A stretch of 64,000 nucleotides of DNA from Prasinococcaceae sp. CCMP 1430. Its lineage: Eukaryota; Plantae; Prasinodermophyta. Each line of letters opens with the position of its first letter. The first letter of the stretch is position 1. Both the position numbers and the translations under genes were made by a program. Shown in pieces: positions 1 to 9,226 of the stretch. Under the pieces are notes generated by a model that was not told the origin of the DNA, did no database searches, and was given only the letters and a program-made list of their open reading frames with translations. The DNA is taken from the NCBI GenBank assembly GCA_013416795.1, contig RQSC01000026.1, positions 729,213 to 793,212 of the forward strand, given 5' to 3'.

Positions 1-1271
1 GCACGCTTTGACTGCTCCCGTGGCGCGCGTGCGGCGCGTGCAACGGCATCAATGATATATTTGGCGTGCGCTTTGGTGCACGTGCGCGGGCTGGGCGTGA
101 AGCCCGGCGGACACAGAACGTCCATGCGCGCGGCGCGCAGCAGGAGCAGCAATGGTGCGGCTGGGTCGCCGTGGCCGTGCTCGCGCGAGTCACTCGAATC
201 GCCATCGCTGCCGTCGGTGCCGTCAGGCCGGATGCGCGCGCGTGCGTCCCCGCCACCAAAGCGCCCGAAGAGCTGCAGCAGGCCGACGCGGAGCGCGCAA
301 GGCGCTCCGAACACGCTTTTCCCCCCACCCTTGGATCCATGCCCACCAGCCGCCAGCTCACTCGCGGCGGCGTCTTGCAGCAGCTCGACCACGCGCATCA
401 GTGCGCCATCATCGGCGCCATCCCTCAAAGACATCTCGCCGAGCTTGGTCGATGCCTGCGCCGCCGCAGCACGCGATGCGCCCGTCTCGGCCTGGGAATA
501 CGTGGCGGTCTCGTAGCGCGTGCCGCGCTGCTGGGCGAGTATCAGCTCCTCGATCTCATCGGCGAGCTGATGTGCGCGGCGGACCGCCTCAACATCCTCG
601 GGGAGGTTCAGCCGCGGCCTGCAGTTTGGGCACGTTTTCGCGTGCTCTGCTTGATGCACCATAGCGAGCTCATCCTTGGTGTAGTCCGTCCATCCGCCGC
701 GGAGGAGCGCATGCTCCGCTTCGATTGCCCTCAGCTCCTGAGCCTTGCCCGGTGGCGCGAGGCGTGGGTTTTTCTCCGCGAGTAGGCTCGCCGTGTCACC
801 GCTCGCACAGCGAACAGCCGCGTTGGCACCTGCCGCGAGCAGCAGCTTGGCAGCATCCCATCGCCCGCGGCCGGCAGCGTAGATGAGCGGCGTGTGGCCG
901 CGCAGTGTGACTGCGTCGCAGTCTCCGCCGAGGCGCAGCAAGAGGCGCGTTACCTCAGCGTCGGGGTGCAACTGCGCTGCCATGTGCACCGCGCTCTTGC
1001 CGCCCCCGTTCCGATCGTTGATCACGTCCGTGGCCGACAGCGGCGTGCTGCCATCCACCCCACGAGCGACGAGCTCGTCCAGCAGCGACCTGATGTCCGC
1101 GGCATCTGGATAGGTGCGTGGTGCGCTGACCGCGTGGCGCAGCGTCCGGCCCGCTGTGCGGATTGCATCGCCGCGAACGCCGGCCGGCTGCGGTGCCACG
1201 GTGGGCGACACGCCGCCGCACGGACCCCTCAGCTTGGCTTCGGCGTCCGACGCTCCCTGGACGTAGCGCAT
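1..1271 (-). CDS. Ankyrin-repeat protein (3' end runs off the window; start uncertain)
   Basis: Not in the ORF track because it is open to the window edge. Manual translation from ATG 1271 gives ...GKSAVHMAAQLHPDAEVTRLLLRLGGDCDAVTLRGHTPLIYAAGRGRWDAAKLLLAAGANAAVRCASGDTASLLA..., i.e. two to three ankyrin repeats, followed by an uncharacterised helical region. Confidence 0.8.
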   Translation of the reverse strand, partial: MRYVQGASDAEAKLRGPCGGVSPTVAPQPAGVRGDAIRTAGRTLRHAVSAPRTYPDAADIRSLLDELVARGVDGSTPLSATDVINDRNGGGKSAVHMAAQLHPDAEVTRLLLRLGGDCDAVTLRGHTPLIYAAGRGRWDAAKLLLAAGANAAVRCASGDTASLLAEKNPRLAPPGKAQELRAIEAEHALLRGGWTDYTKDELAMVHQAEHAKTCPNCRPRLNLPEDVEAVRRAHQLADEIEELILAQQRGTRYETATYSQAETGASRAAAAQASTKLGEMSLRDGADDGALMRVVELLQDAAASELAAGGHGSKGGGKSVFGAPCALRVGLLQLFGRFGGGDARARIRPDGTDGSDGDSSDSREHGHGDPAAPLLLLLRAARMDVLCPPGFTPSPRTCTKAHAKYIIDAVARAARAPREQSKR

Positions 1272-1863
1272 CCCCGGCCAGGCTGCAGGGTGGACTGACC
1301 GCCGCGCGTGGGCGCACCCGCGCGCGGGCGGTGCACCGGGCGCCGCGCGCGCGCCCACGCGCGCGCGCGCGGTGTGGCGCGCCCCGGCGCTCTCGCGAAC
1401 CGAACAGCTACGCGATACCAGTGCAGCGCGAAAGCGCTAGCGCGCGTGGACAGCGCTTCGAGCGGCGCGCAAAAAATTTGCGGTGGTGGTGGAATTCGTG
1501 GTCCATCCGTCGAAGTTAAGTCTACTTACGATAGTAAAAGAGGATTTCGAATACGCAAAACGGAACGGCGCCCACCCCCCCCGCCACTCCCTGGCTGGGC
1601 TGGGGAGGGGTGCGGCGAGGGGGGCGCCGGAGGAGGAGGTCGCGGAGGTCGGGGAGGCACACCGCGCGGCCGCGTCGCAGCGCCCGGGCGACCGCGCCGC
1701 GCCGCGCAGCACCGCGCAAAGCGCTGAGGGGGAGGCGCGCGGCGCCGCCGCGCTCGGCTCCGTACGAACGCGCGTTTCGTACGCTGCGGCCGCGCGGGCG
1801 CCGTGGCCGGGTGGGTGGGGTGGGGACTGAGGCGGGCAGGGGCAGAGAGGGCGGGCGGCCGCC

Positions 1864-3295
1864 ATGGTGCTCGAGGCGACGATGATCGCGCTCGACAACT
1901 CGGAGGCCATGCGCAACGGGGACTACGCGCCCACGCGCTTCCAGGCGCAGGCCGACGCCATCAACATCCTGTGCGGCGCCAAGACGCAGGTATGCGGCCG
2001 CGCGCGCGCGCGCGCGCGCGCGCGTAGATCCCCGCGCGAGATCCCCGCGCGCACGGCGGGCGCGCGGCGCGGGGACGGGGTGCAACGCGGTGGGAGCACG
2101 GCCGATGGGCCGAACGAGGGCACATGCACGCCAGTCGCCCCTCACTGCCTCTGACCGCGACTCGCTCGCGCCCCTGCCCCCCCCTACCCTCGCGCAGGCC
2201 AACCCGGAGAACACTGTGGGCGTGATGACGATGGCCGGCAAGGCGTCGTCCGTGGTGGTGACGCCGACCACCGACCTGGGCAAGATCCTCACCGCGCTGC
2301 ACGGCCTGCCGCTGGAGGGCGCGCTCAACGTGACGGGCCTGCAGGTCGCGCAGCTCGCGCTCAAGCACCGCCAGAACAAGAACCAGCGCCAGCGCATCGT
2401 GCTCTTCTGCGGCAGCGAGCTTGAGGTTGAGCAGGCGGCGCTGGTAAAGATCGGCAAGAAGCTGAAGAAGAACAACGTGGCAGTCGACGTGGTGGCCTTC
2501 GGCGACGCGGCCTCCAGCGAGGAGTCCAGCGCCAAGCTGGAGGCATTCATTGGCGCGGTCAACTCTAACGACAACTCACACCTGCTGACCGTTCCGGCGG
2601 AGACCGGCGCGGTGCTGGCCGACGCGCTCATGACGTCTCCGATCATGCAGGGGGAGGACGGAGGCACCAGCGCCTTCGCGGCGGCGGCGGCAGCGGGCGC
2701 GGCGGCGGCCGCAAGCGGGCTCAACCCGGGGGACGGCATGGAGTTTGGTATCGACCCCAACGTCGATCCGGAGCTCGCGCTGGCGCTGCGCGTGTCCATG
2801 GAGGAGGAGCGCGCGCGCCAGGAAGCAGCGCAGAAAGCGGCCGCGGAGGCAGGCGACGCGGATGGCGGCGGCGACGGCGAGGGTGCTGCGACAGAGGCCA
2901 CGCCCGCGGCGGCGGCGGCGGCGGCGGCGGCCGACGCGGCAGTGCCCATGGACGAGGAGGACGCGCTGCTTCAGCAAGCGCTGCAGATGTCCATGATGGA
3001 CGCCAGCGGCGGCGGCGCGGCCACCCCAGCTGCCGCGCCGGTGGCAGCTGCTGCACCGCCGGAGGAGGAGATGGATCCCGACCTTGCGGCTGCGATGGCG
3101 ATGAGCATGGGAGGCGTTAACGACGCGCCCGCCGGCGCGGCCGGCGGCGACGCGCTCAACGATCAGGGCTTCGTCTCCAACGTCCTCGCCGGCCTGCCAG
3201 GCGTCGACATGGACGACCCGGCGCTCCAGGCGGCGCTCAACGAATCTGCCAAGGAGGCCGACGGCGAGGCGGACGGGGAAGACGAGAACAAGTGA
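1864..3295 (+). CDS. RPN10: 26S proteasome ubiquitin receptor RPN10/PSMD4 (exons 1864-1989, 2198-3295)
   Basis: [29 protein letters not shown]...LCGAKTQ|ANPENTVG vWA domain. UIMs [29 protein letters not shown] and [18 protein letters not shown] donor at 1990, CAG acceptor at 2197 with CTGAC branch. Confidence 0.97.
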
Positions 3296-3352
3296 ACGGC
3301 CTCACAGCAGCTGCAGTCTGCGTCCTGCTGCGTCTGGCGCAGGGGGGGGGCG

Positions 3353-3357
3353 TGTAA
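3353..3357 (+). terminator. TGTAA polyadenylation signal (green-algal type); further copies at 10601(+), 19844(+), 40470(+), 25076(-) and 45399(-)
   Basis: Each copy lies within about 130 nt downstream of a stop codon on the correct strand. TGTAA is the known Chlamydomonas-type signal. Confidence 0.7.
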
Positions 3358-3468
3358 GGCAGTACCTGTGTGTGAACGCGTTCGGACGCGCTGCGCTGCG
3401 CTGAGCATATGCATGCGCGTGCGCGTGTTCGTGTGTGTTTCATTATTATCTCGTCTCGACGGCCGCCG

Positions 3469-4655
3469 CTACCGCGCGGAGTCATCCCCTCCACCCCCAA
3501 TCCTGATCTCCCCCGTGCCGTCCTCCCTGTACTCGGTGCCACACGTTGGGCAGCGGGCCACGCGCTCGCCGAAGACCGACAGGCAGACCGAGCACACGTA
3601 GCCGACGTCGACCGGCTCCTGTGTGCCATCGGCGAGAGAGAGAGAGAGAGAGAGTGAGTGAGTGAGCGGCATTGGCCCAGGCGTCAGAGGGCGCGCATGC
3701 GGCCTCACGCGCTCGTCCGTCGGCGTTCGCGCACGCACGGCGCGCGCCTTGCGTGCACGCGCGCGCGCGCGCGCCCCACCTTGGTGACGAAGTCGACAGG
3801 CCGGAAGTCGACGGCCGGCGCGGGAGGGGCGGCGAGGAACCGCCTCGAGTGCAGGTCGGCGCCTGCGACGCATAGGAGCGCCTCGAGCAGCCCGCGGCCT
3901 TCGCCCGGCCTCTGCGAGTAGCTGCCACCCGTCACCTTCGCGGCGACCTGTAGGTACGGCGAGGGGGTGTTCACGTCGAGCGCGAGCGCGTCCACGGGTA
4001 TGTACGCCTTCTGCGCGCTGAACACGGCGTTTGTGAGCGCGACGTAGTGCTGCGGCGCGTCGGGCAGCCCGTTGAGCACGACGATGCGCCCGCGTGCACC
4101 CGCGCCCGCTCCCGACCGCGCACCTGACTGAGCGCGCGCGCGCGCCCGAGCGCCCGCGTCTATGCCTGCGCCCGCCCGCGCGGCGGCACGCACGGCGTGC
4201 ATCTCCGCGATCTGCTCCTCAGCTGTGGAGCCGGCAGGTGCCGCGCACGGCGCAGCGCCGCGCGCGTGCAGCAGGCACAGTGCGCGCGAGAGCGCCGTAA
4301 CGAGCTGCGACGCGGGGGCGCCCGCGTCCGTCTGCAAAGGCGGGGCCGGCGCGGGCGTTCGTCAGCGCCATGAACGCGCGCACTCTCGCGCGCACTCTCA
4401 CGTCCACGCACACGCGCTCGCGCGCATGCGCACGTTTTCGCTGTCCTCCCTCCCCCCTTCCGCAGCGCGCGCCAGCAGCGCGTCGATGCCCTCCATCAGC
4501 GCGCGCCTCGCCCCGGCGGCGCCGCCTGCCGCTTGAGTGGTGTCGAGCACGAGGTCGACCTCGCGACCGCACATGCCGAGCACCGCGACGGCGTTGCGCG
4601 CGTGCAGCGCGAGCTGCGCGCCCGCGAACGCGGCGAGCGCGCCCGCAAACGCCGC
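3469..4655 (-). CDS. TFB4: TFIIH subunit p34/Tfb4 (GTF2H3); 5' end lost in gap; introns about 4332-4433 and 3619-3779
   Basis: SQLVTALSRALCLLH, HYVALTNAVFSAQKAYIPVDAL, SPYLQVAAKVTGGSY, VDFRP and C-terminal zinc finger VGYVCSVCLSVF...CPTCG match Tfb4. Confidence 0.9.
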
Positions 4656-4961
4656 NNNNNNNNNNNNNNNNNNNNNNNNNNNNNNNNNNNNNNNNNNNNN
4701 NNNNNNNNNNNNNNNNNNNNNNNNNNNNNNNNNNNNNNNNNNNNNNNNNNNNNNNNNNNNNNNNNNNNNNNNNNNNNNNNNNNNNNNNNNNNNNNNNNNN
4801 NNNNNNNNNNNNNNNNNNNNNNNNNNNNNNNNNNNNNNNNNNNNNNNNNNNNNNNNNNNNNNNNNNNNNNNNNNNNNNNNNNNNNNNNNNNNNNNNNNNN
4901 NNNNNNNNNNNNNNNNNNNNNNNNNNNNNNNNNNNNNNNNNNNNNNNNNNNNNNNNNNNNN
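4656..4961. other. Assembly gap (N run); hides the 5' ends of the divergent TFB4 and F-box-like genes
   Basis: 306 N; a second small gap lies at 5383-5404. Confidence 1.
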
Positions 4962-6482
4962 GCGGTGCGGTGCGCGTCGCGCGCGTGCCGTGCGGCGGCC
5001 GGCGCCGCCGACGTGTGGCAAGCGCTCTACGCAGCGCGCTGGGAGCCGAGCGTGTTCGATGACGCCTGGCGCGCCGCGGACGCCACTGCAGACGCCCAAG
5101 CCTGCCCCCTCGGCGACGTCGACGTCGCAGCGAAGGAGAAGATGGGGGCCTTCCACCGCGTCGCTGTCGCGCGCGAGAGGTTGTTAAGGACGCTCGCGAG
5201 GCTCGCCGCCGCCGCGCGGCGGCGGGCACGCGGCAATGCGGGCGCCGCAGCGGACGACGCCCAGGCAGACGTGGACGCCAACGCGGACGCGGAAGGCGAC
5301 GCGAAAGCGCTCGCCGCGGGCCCAGCAACGATGCGCGCGGTGGCGGACGTCCTGCGCGCATGCGCGCGACGGCGCGCGCCGCNNNNNNNNNNNNNNNNNN
5401 NNNNCGCGTGGGTGCGGCGCTCGCCGCTGTGGCGCTCGCCGCGAGCGGCTACGCGGGGCGCAAGGGCGGCGCGCTGCCGCCAGCGAGCTTCCACCCGGGC
5501 GTCGCCGCCGGCGGCAGGCCGCCGCACCGCCGCGGGCGTCGCGCGGTCGAACGGCTCGCGCCTGCCGCGCCTGAGCGCATCAGCGGTGAGGGCGCGCGCG
5601 TCAGGCGCCTTGCGGCGCTCGGCACACACTTCTGCGCGCGTGCGTGCCCCACGCGTGTCTGCGCGTCTCTGCGTGTGTGCGTGCGCGCGCGGGTGGCGTG
5701 CTGTGTCTGTGTCTGTGATGTCGTGTGCATCCAATGAGAACGCTTGCCCAGCCATACCTGGGCGCGCGTTTCGCGAGCGATGCCAGAGCAAATCTCCGCC
5801 GCTCCATCAGGGCCCTCCGTTCGCTTCACGCGGGAGGGCCTTAAAAGAGTTGGCGATATCCTGCGAGCGCGACAGCGCGCCGATGATGGTGCCGATGCGG
5901 ACGCGGACGTGGACGCGGGCGCGCTCGCCGACGCCCTCACGTCGCGCGCATCACCTCCGGCTGGTGCTGACCCTTTGCGCTCATTCGCTCGCTCGCGCAC
6001 GCGCCACTGCCGCCTCGGACGTTTTGCGCCCTGGCATCGCACCATCCTCCACCCCAACTGCGCCCCCCGCTCGAGCAGGTGCCTGGCGCGGCTACTGGCT
6101 GCGCGCCGGGCAGCGCTCGGAGCCCGACGGCCTGCAGCCGATGACGCTGTCGCTGCGCGCGGAGCGCCACCCCAACGGCGGCGTGGCCGTCTCAGGCGTC
6201 GCCTTGGACGGTGAGGGTGCCGAGTCGGTGGCGGGATATTACGAGGAGCGCGAGCGCACGCTGGTGCTCGATCGGAACGTGTGGTGGAGCTTCAGCCCCC
6301 TCGGCACACTCGGCACCACCGCGCGCGTGCGCTTCGTTGGCATCGCGGGGGCGCGCGCCATCGCGGGCGTGTGGGGGCCGCCGGGGAGCCTGCCCGGCCC
6401 CGCCGACGCCGCGAGGGAGGCCACGGAGCGCGGTGACAGGTGGGGCGGCACCTTCGTCCTCGTTCCCAGGCTGCCCGGCTAG
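4962..6482 (+). CDS. Probable F-box-like protein with C-terminal beta-barrel-like domain (partial; exon structure uncertain)
   Basis: RCASRACRAAAGAADVWQALYAARW resembles the end of an F-box. C-terminus GAWRGYW...PMTLSLR...VSGVALDGEG...VAGYY...VRFVG...IAGVWG. Intron GTGAGG at about 5547 to CAG at about 5750. Confidence 0.5.
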   Translation, partial: AVRCASRACRAAAGAADVWQALYAARWEPSVFDDAWRAADATADAQACPLGDVDVAAKEKMGAFHRVAVARERLLRTLARLAAAARRRARGNAGAAADDAQADVDANADAEGDAKALAAGPATMRAVADVLRACARRRAPXXXXXXXXAWVRRSPLWRSPRAATRGARAARCRQRASTRASPPAAGRRTAAGVARSNGSRLPRLSASAVRARASGALRRSAHTSARVRAPRVSARLCVCACARGWRAVSVSVMSCASNENACPAIPGRAFRERCQSKSPPLHQGPPFASRGRALKELAISCERDSAPMMVPMRTRTWTRARSPTPSRRAHHLRLVLTLCAHSLARARATAASDVLRPGIAPSSTPTAPPARAGAWRGYWLRAGQRSEPDGLQPMTLSLRAERHPNGGVAVSGVALDGEGAESVAGYYEERERTLVLDRNVWWSFSPLGTLGTTARVRFVGIAGARAIAGVWGPPGSLPGPADAAREATERGDRWGGTFVLVPRLPG

Positions 6483-6661
6483 CGGCGCCTCGGCGCTCAT
6501 CAGCTGTGTTATTACGTCGGTTGGTTTGAATTGATGGTCCCATGCGAATCGTCGCATGCGCTCGTGGCGCCTGCAGAGCAGCGTGTCGGGGCGCTCGCGC
6601 GCCTTCGCGCGCGGCGAGGGCTGGGTGTTGGCGCGGCTTGGTGCGGCGGTCGAGCGTGGCG

Positions 6662-8470
6662 TCACTCGAGCGTGAACTCGGGATGCGCAGCCTTGCGGCG
6701 CTGCTCGGTCGCTGAGGTCAATGCTCGCATCCCCCCACCCAGCACGACCGGCTCCTCGGCAGCGTCGGGGCCGCCCAGCTGTGTGAGCACCTCGCTCACA
6801 GCATCGCTCGAGCGCCGCTTGCCGACACCCTTGCCTTTGCCCCTGCGCGCCTCCCCGTTGGCGCCACCCCCCGCGTTTATGCTGGTGCCGACACCAGTGA
6901 CGGAGGAACCGCCGTCGTCGCGCGCACTGTCGATGAGGCCCGCCGCCTCCTCGAGGTCCTCCAGATTCTCCTGGCGCATGCGCGAGAAGAGCGTGCGCCG
7001 CGTTCGCCGCCGTCGCTGGTCCCACCACCAGCCGGCGTGCGCCAGCAGCCCGGCCGCGATGACAATGAGAAAGCCGGGCACGTGGCTGCGATATCCCGGC
7101 CCCGCCAGCTGGATGAGCAGGTTGGCTGCCGTGAGCAGCCCGGGCGCCACCACCCACACGACCGCCCCGGCCACTGTCTTCGTGAGCTTGAAGGGGCGCG
7201 TCAGAGACGGCTCGAAGCGCTTCAGGTGCACGAACGAGTACAGGAAAAGCATGCCCGTGCAGCTCATGAGCATCATCTCGTACTGCACGAGCGATTGCAC
7301 GGGCACCCAAGCGAGCATCCCCGCGAGGAGTGCGTTTGCCACCACGTAGGCGGGCGCAATGCCCGCGTCAGGATTCTCCTCGAGAATTTTGTCGGGCACG
7401 AGGCGCAGCACAGCGTCCACGACCGAGTCGTGGCCAGCGGCATTCTCGACGAGGTGCGCGAGCGCTCGCTCGCTCGTGAGGCTCTGGCCCGTGTACAGCC
7501 CCACCTGACACAGGTTTGCAGCGACGAAGAAGCACTTCTGCAGCCACGCGCCGCCGACCACCCCCGCGAGGTCGTTGAAATGCCCCGGCGTGTAGTGTGA
7601 TCGGTCATCGTCCACGGAGAGCGATACCAGCAACGGGATCGCGTTGAGGAGTGTCACGGTTGGGATCAGCAGTGCGGTCACGCGCGTGTATGTGCGCTGC
7701 GGGCGTTCGACCTGCCCTGCCAGCGACCCGAGCGAGAAGAAGCCCGAGTACAGCCAGAGCATCCAGGACAGCAGCAGCGGCCAATCAGTCTCCCCAGATG
7801 ACACCGCCGCGCGCTCAGGCTTGAGCTCGCTCATCCCAAGCACCATGTAAATGATGGTCGGTAGGAAGGACACGGTGGAAATGAACGAGCTCAGCTTGAC
7901 GATGGAGCGCGTACCCGCAAGCTTGACGAGAGTTAAGCAAAAGATGATCGCGTCCGCCACCAGCGCCTGTGCGGCGCCGGAGATGCCAAACTGGCGCGCT
8001 ACGAAGTGGCCCGCGAGGACGGGATACACTGACGAGTCGACGAGCCAGATGATCCACGTCTGCGCAACGGAGAGAGCGTGTTTTAAGGACGACAGGGTGG
8101 GCAAAAGGGCACATGCGCATGAGCTCTCGGTTAGCCAGAGCGAAGACGCGCAAGCACACCGGCGCGCCTGTGCGAGCGCGCGACGCACCCAGTACGCGTT
8201 GTGGCTCCCGATGGCCGAGCCGCACGCGCGCGACACCCACACCACGAAGCCGCCATCCTGCGGTAGTGCGGAGCTCAGCTCGGCGGTGATGAGCGCTATC
8301 GGGAGCGAGTACACCAACGGCACGATCAGCAGCCCCGTGAAGACGTGCGCAGGCGGTGCCGCCTGCAGCAGCGTCTCGTTGCCGTACACGCCGCCGCTCA
8401 CCCAGAAGAACGCGATCACCGCCAGCGACCATACGCCTACGCTCCCGGCCGCATCGGAGGAGGATGCCAT
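6662..8470 (-). CDS. APC-superfamily permease, PUT/LAT (polyamine uptake transporter-like); in-frame intron 8060-8188
   Basis: About 12 hydrophobic segments; FFWVSGGVYGNE...PIALITAELSSALPQDGGFVVWV and WLYSGFFSLGSLAGQVERPQRTY are typical of the plant PUT/RMV1 family. Confidence 0.88.
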   Translation of the reverse strand: MASSSDAAGSVGVWSLAVIAFFWVSGGVYGNETLLQAAPPAHVFTGLLIVPLVYSLPIALITAELSSALPQDGGFVVWVSRACGSAIGSHNAYWVRRALAQARRCACASSLWLTESSCACALLPTLSSLKHALSVAQTWIIWLVDSSVYPVLAGHFVARQFGISGAAQALVADAIIFCLTLVKLAGTRSIVKLSSFISTVSFLPTIIYMVLGMSELKPERAAVSSGETDWPLLLSWMLWLYSGFFSLGSLAGQVERPQRTYTRVTALLIPTVTLLNAIPLLVSLSVDDDRSHYTPGHFNDLAGVVGGAWLQKCFFVAANLCQVGLYTGQSLTSERALAHLVENAAGHDSVVDAVLRLVPDKILEENPDAGIAPAYVVANALLAGMLAWVPVQSLVQYEMMLMSCTGMLFLYSFVHLKRFEPSLTRPFKLTKTVAGAVVWVVAPGLLTAANLLIQLAGPGYRSHVPGFLIVIAAGLLAHAGWWWDQRRRRTRRTLFSRMRQENLEDLEEAAGLIDSARDDGGSSVTGVGTSINAGGGANGEARRGKGKGVGKRRSSDAVSEVLTQLGGPDAAEEPVVLGGGMRALTSATEQRRKAAHPEFTLE

Positions 8471-9000
8471 GGCACACTTGGGGCGCTGCGAGCCCCGAAC
8501 GCCACCCCGCCTACGCCTCGCTCTCTACCTCCCCCTCGTTGGTGCGCGGTGGCAACGGCCTACGCTCTGCTGCCGCCGCCTGCCCTTGCGGCTGGCAGTG
8601 CTCGAGCCGCAGGGGTCGGAGTGGGGAGTGGGGCAAGGGTGGAGGGATTTGGGGGCGCTGTCCAGACTCTTTCCCCCCCCACTCACCCCCCCTCTCCCTC
8701 GAGGGTGCGAGGGCGAGGGGTTTTGGAGGAGGTTGGTCGGGAGCCCGGCTGCGGCCGCGGCCGCGGCCGCGGCGCGGCCCCCGCCGCCGTCGCCGCGCAC
8801 TGTGTGTGGCGCGCGCGCGCGCCCGCGCCGCCGGGGAACGGCGGCGGCGCCATCAAAACGCACGCTCCGAACGCAACCCCAACCTCTCGTTCGGATTCAG
8901 GGTATTCAGTATCAGGGTTTGTGTTTTTGCGCTCCAGCTCGGAGCGGGTCCCGGTTCCCCCGGGAGGTGCAACGCGGTCGCCCGAACGAGAGCGGCGTGG

Positions 9001-9035
9001 GCGTGGCGTGGCGTGGCGTGGCGTGGCGTGGCGTG
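9001..9035 (+). repeat. (GCGTG)7 pentanucleotide repeat upstream of STPG1
   Basis: Read directly from the sequence. Confidence 0.95.
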
Positions 9036-9226
9036 GCGCGCGGCCACAGAGGGGAGCGCTCGCGGCGCGTGGTCGCGGCGCGCGGGCTCGGGCGGGCGGT
9101 GGGGGCTCCCCCTGTGGGGGAGTGGCCGGCTCTCCCAGCGCGCCTCAGAGAGGCGCCTCGCGCGGGCGGGCGGGCGGCGCGCCCACCTGCGGGCGCGCCT
9201 GCCCCCGCGGGCGGGAGGCGGCAGCA

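Noticed and set aside
1483-1830. ORF MVVEFVVHPSK... upstream of RPN10
   Set aside because: Lies in an AT-richer divergent promoter; no recognisable domain.
4219-5361. ORFs spanning the N gaps (also 46275-47681)
   Set aside because: Artefacts of translating through Ns.
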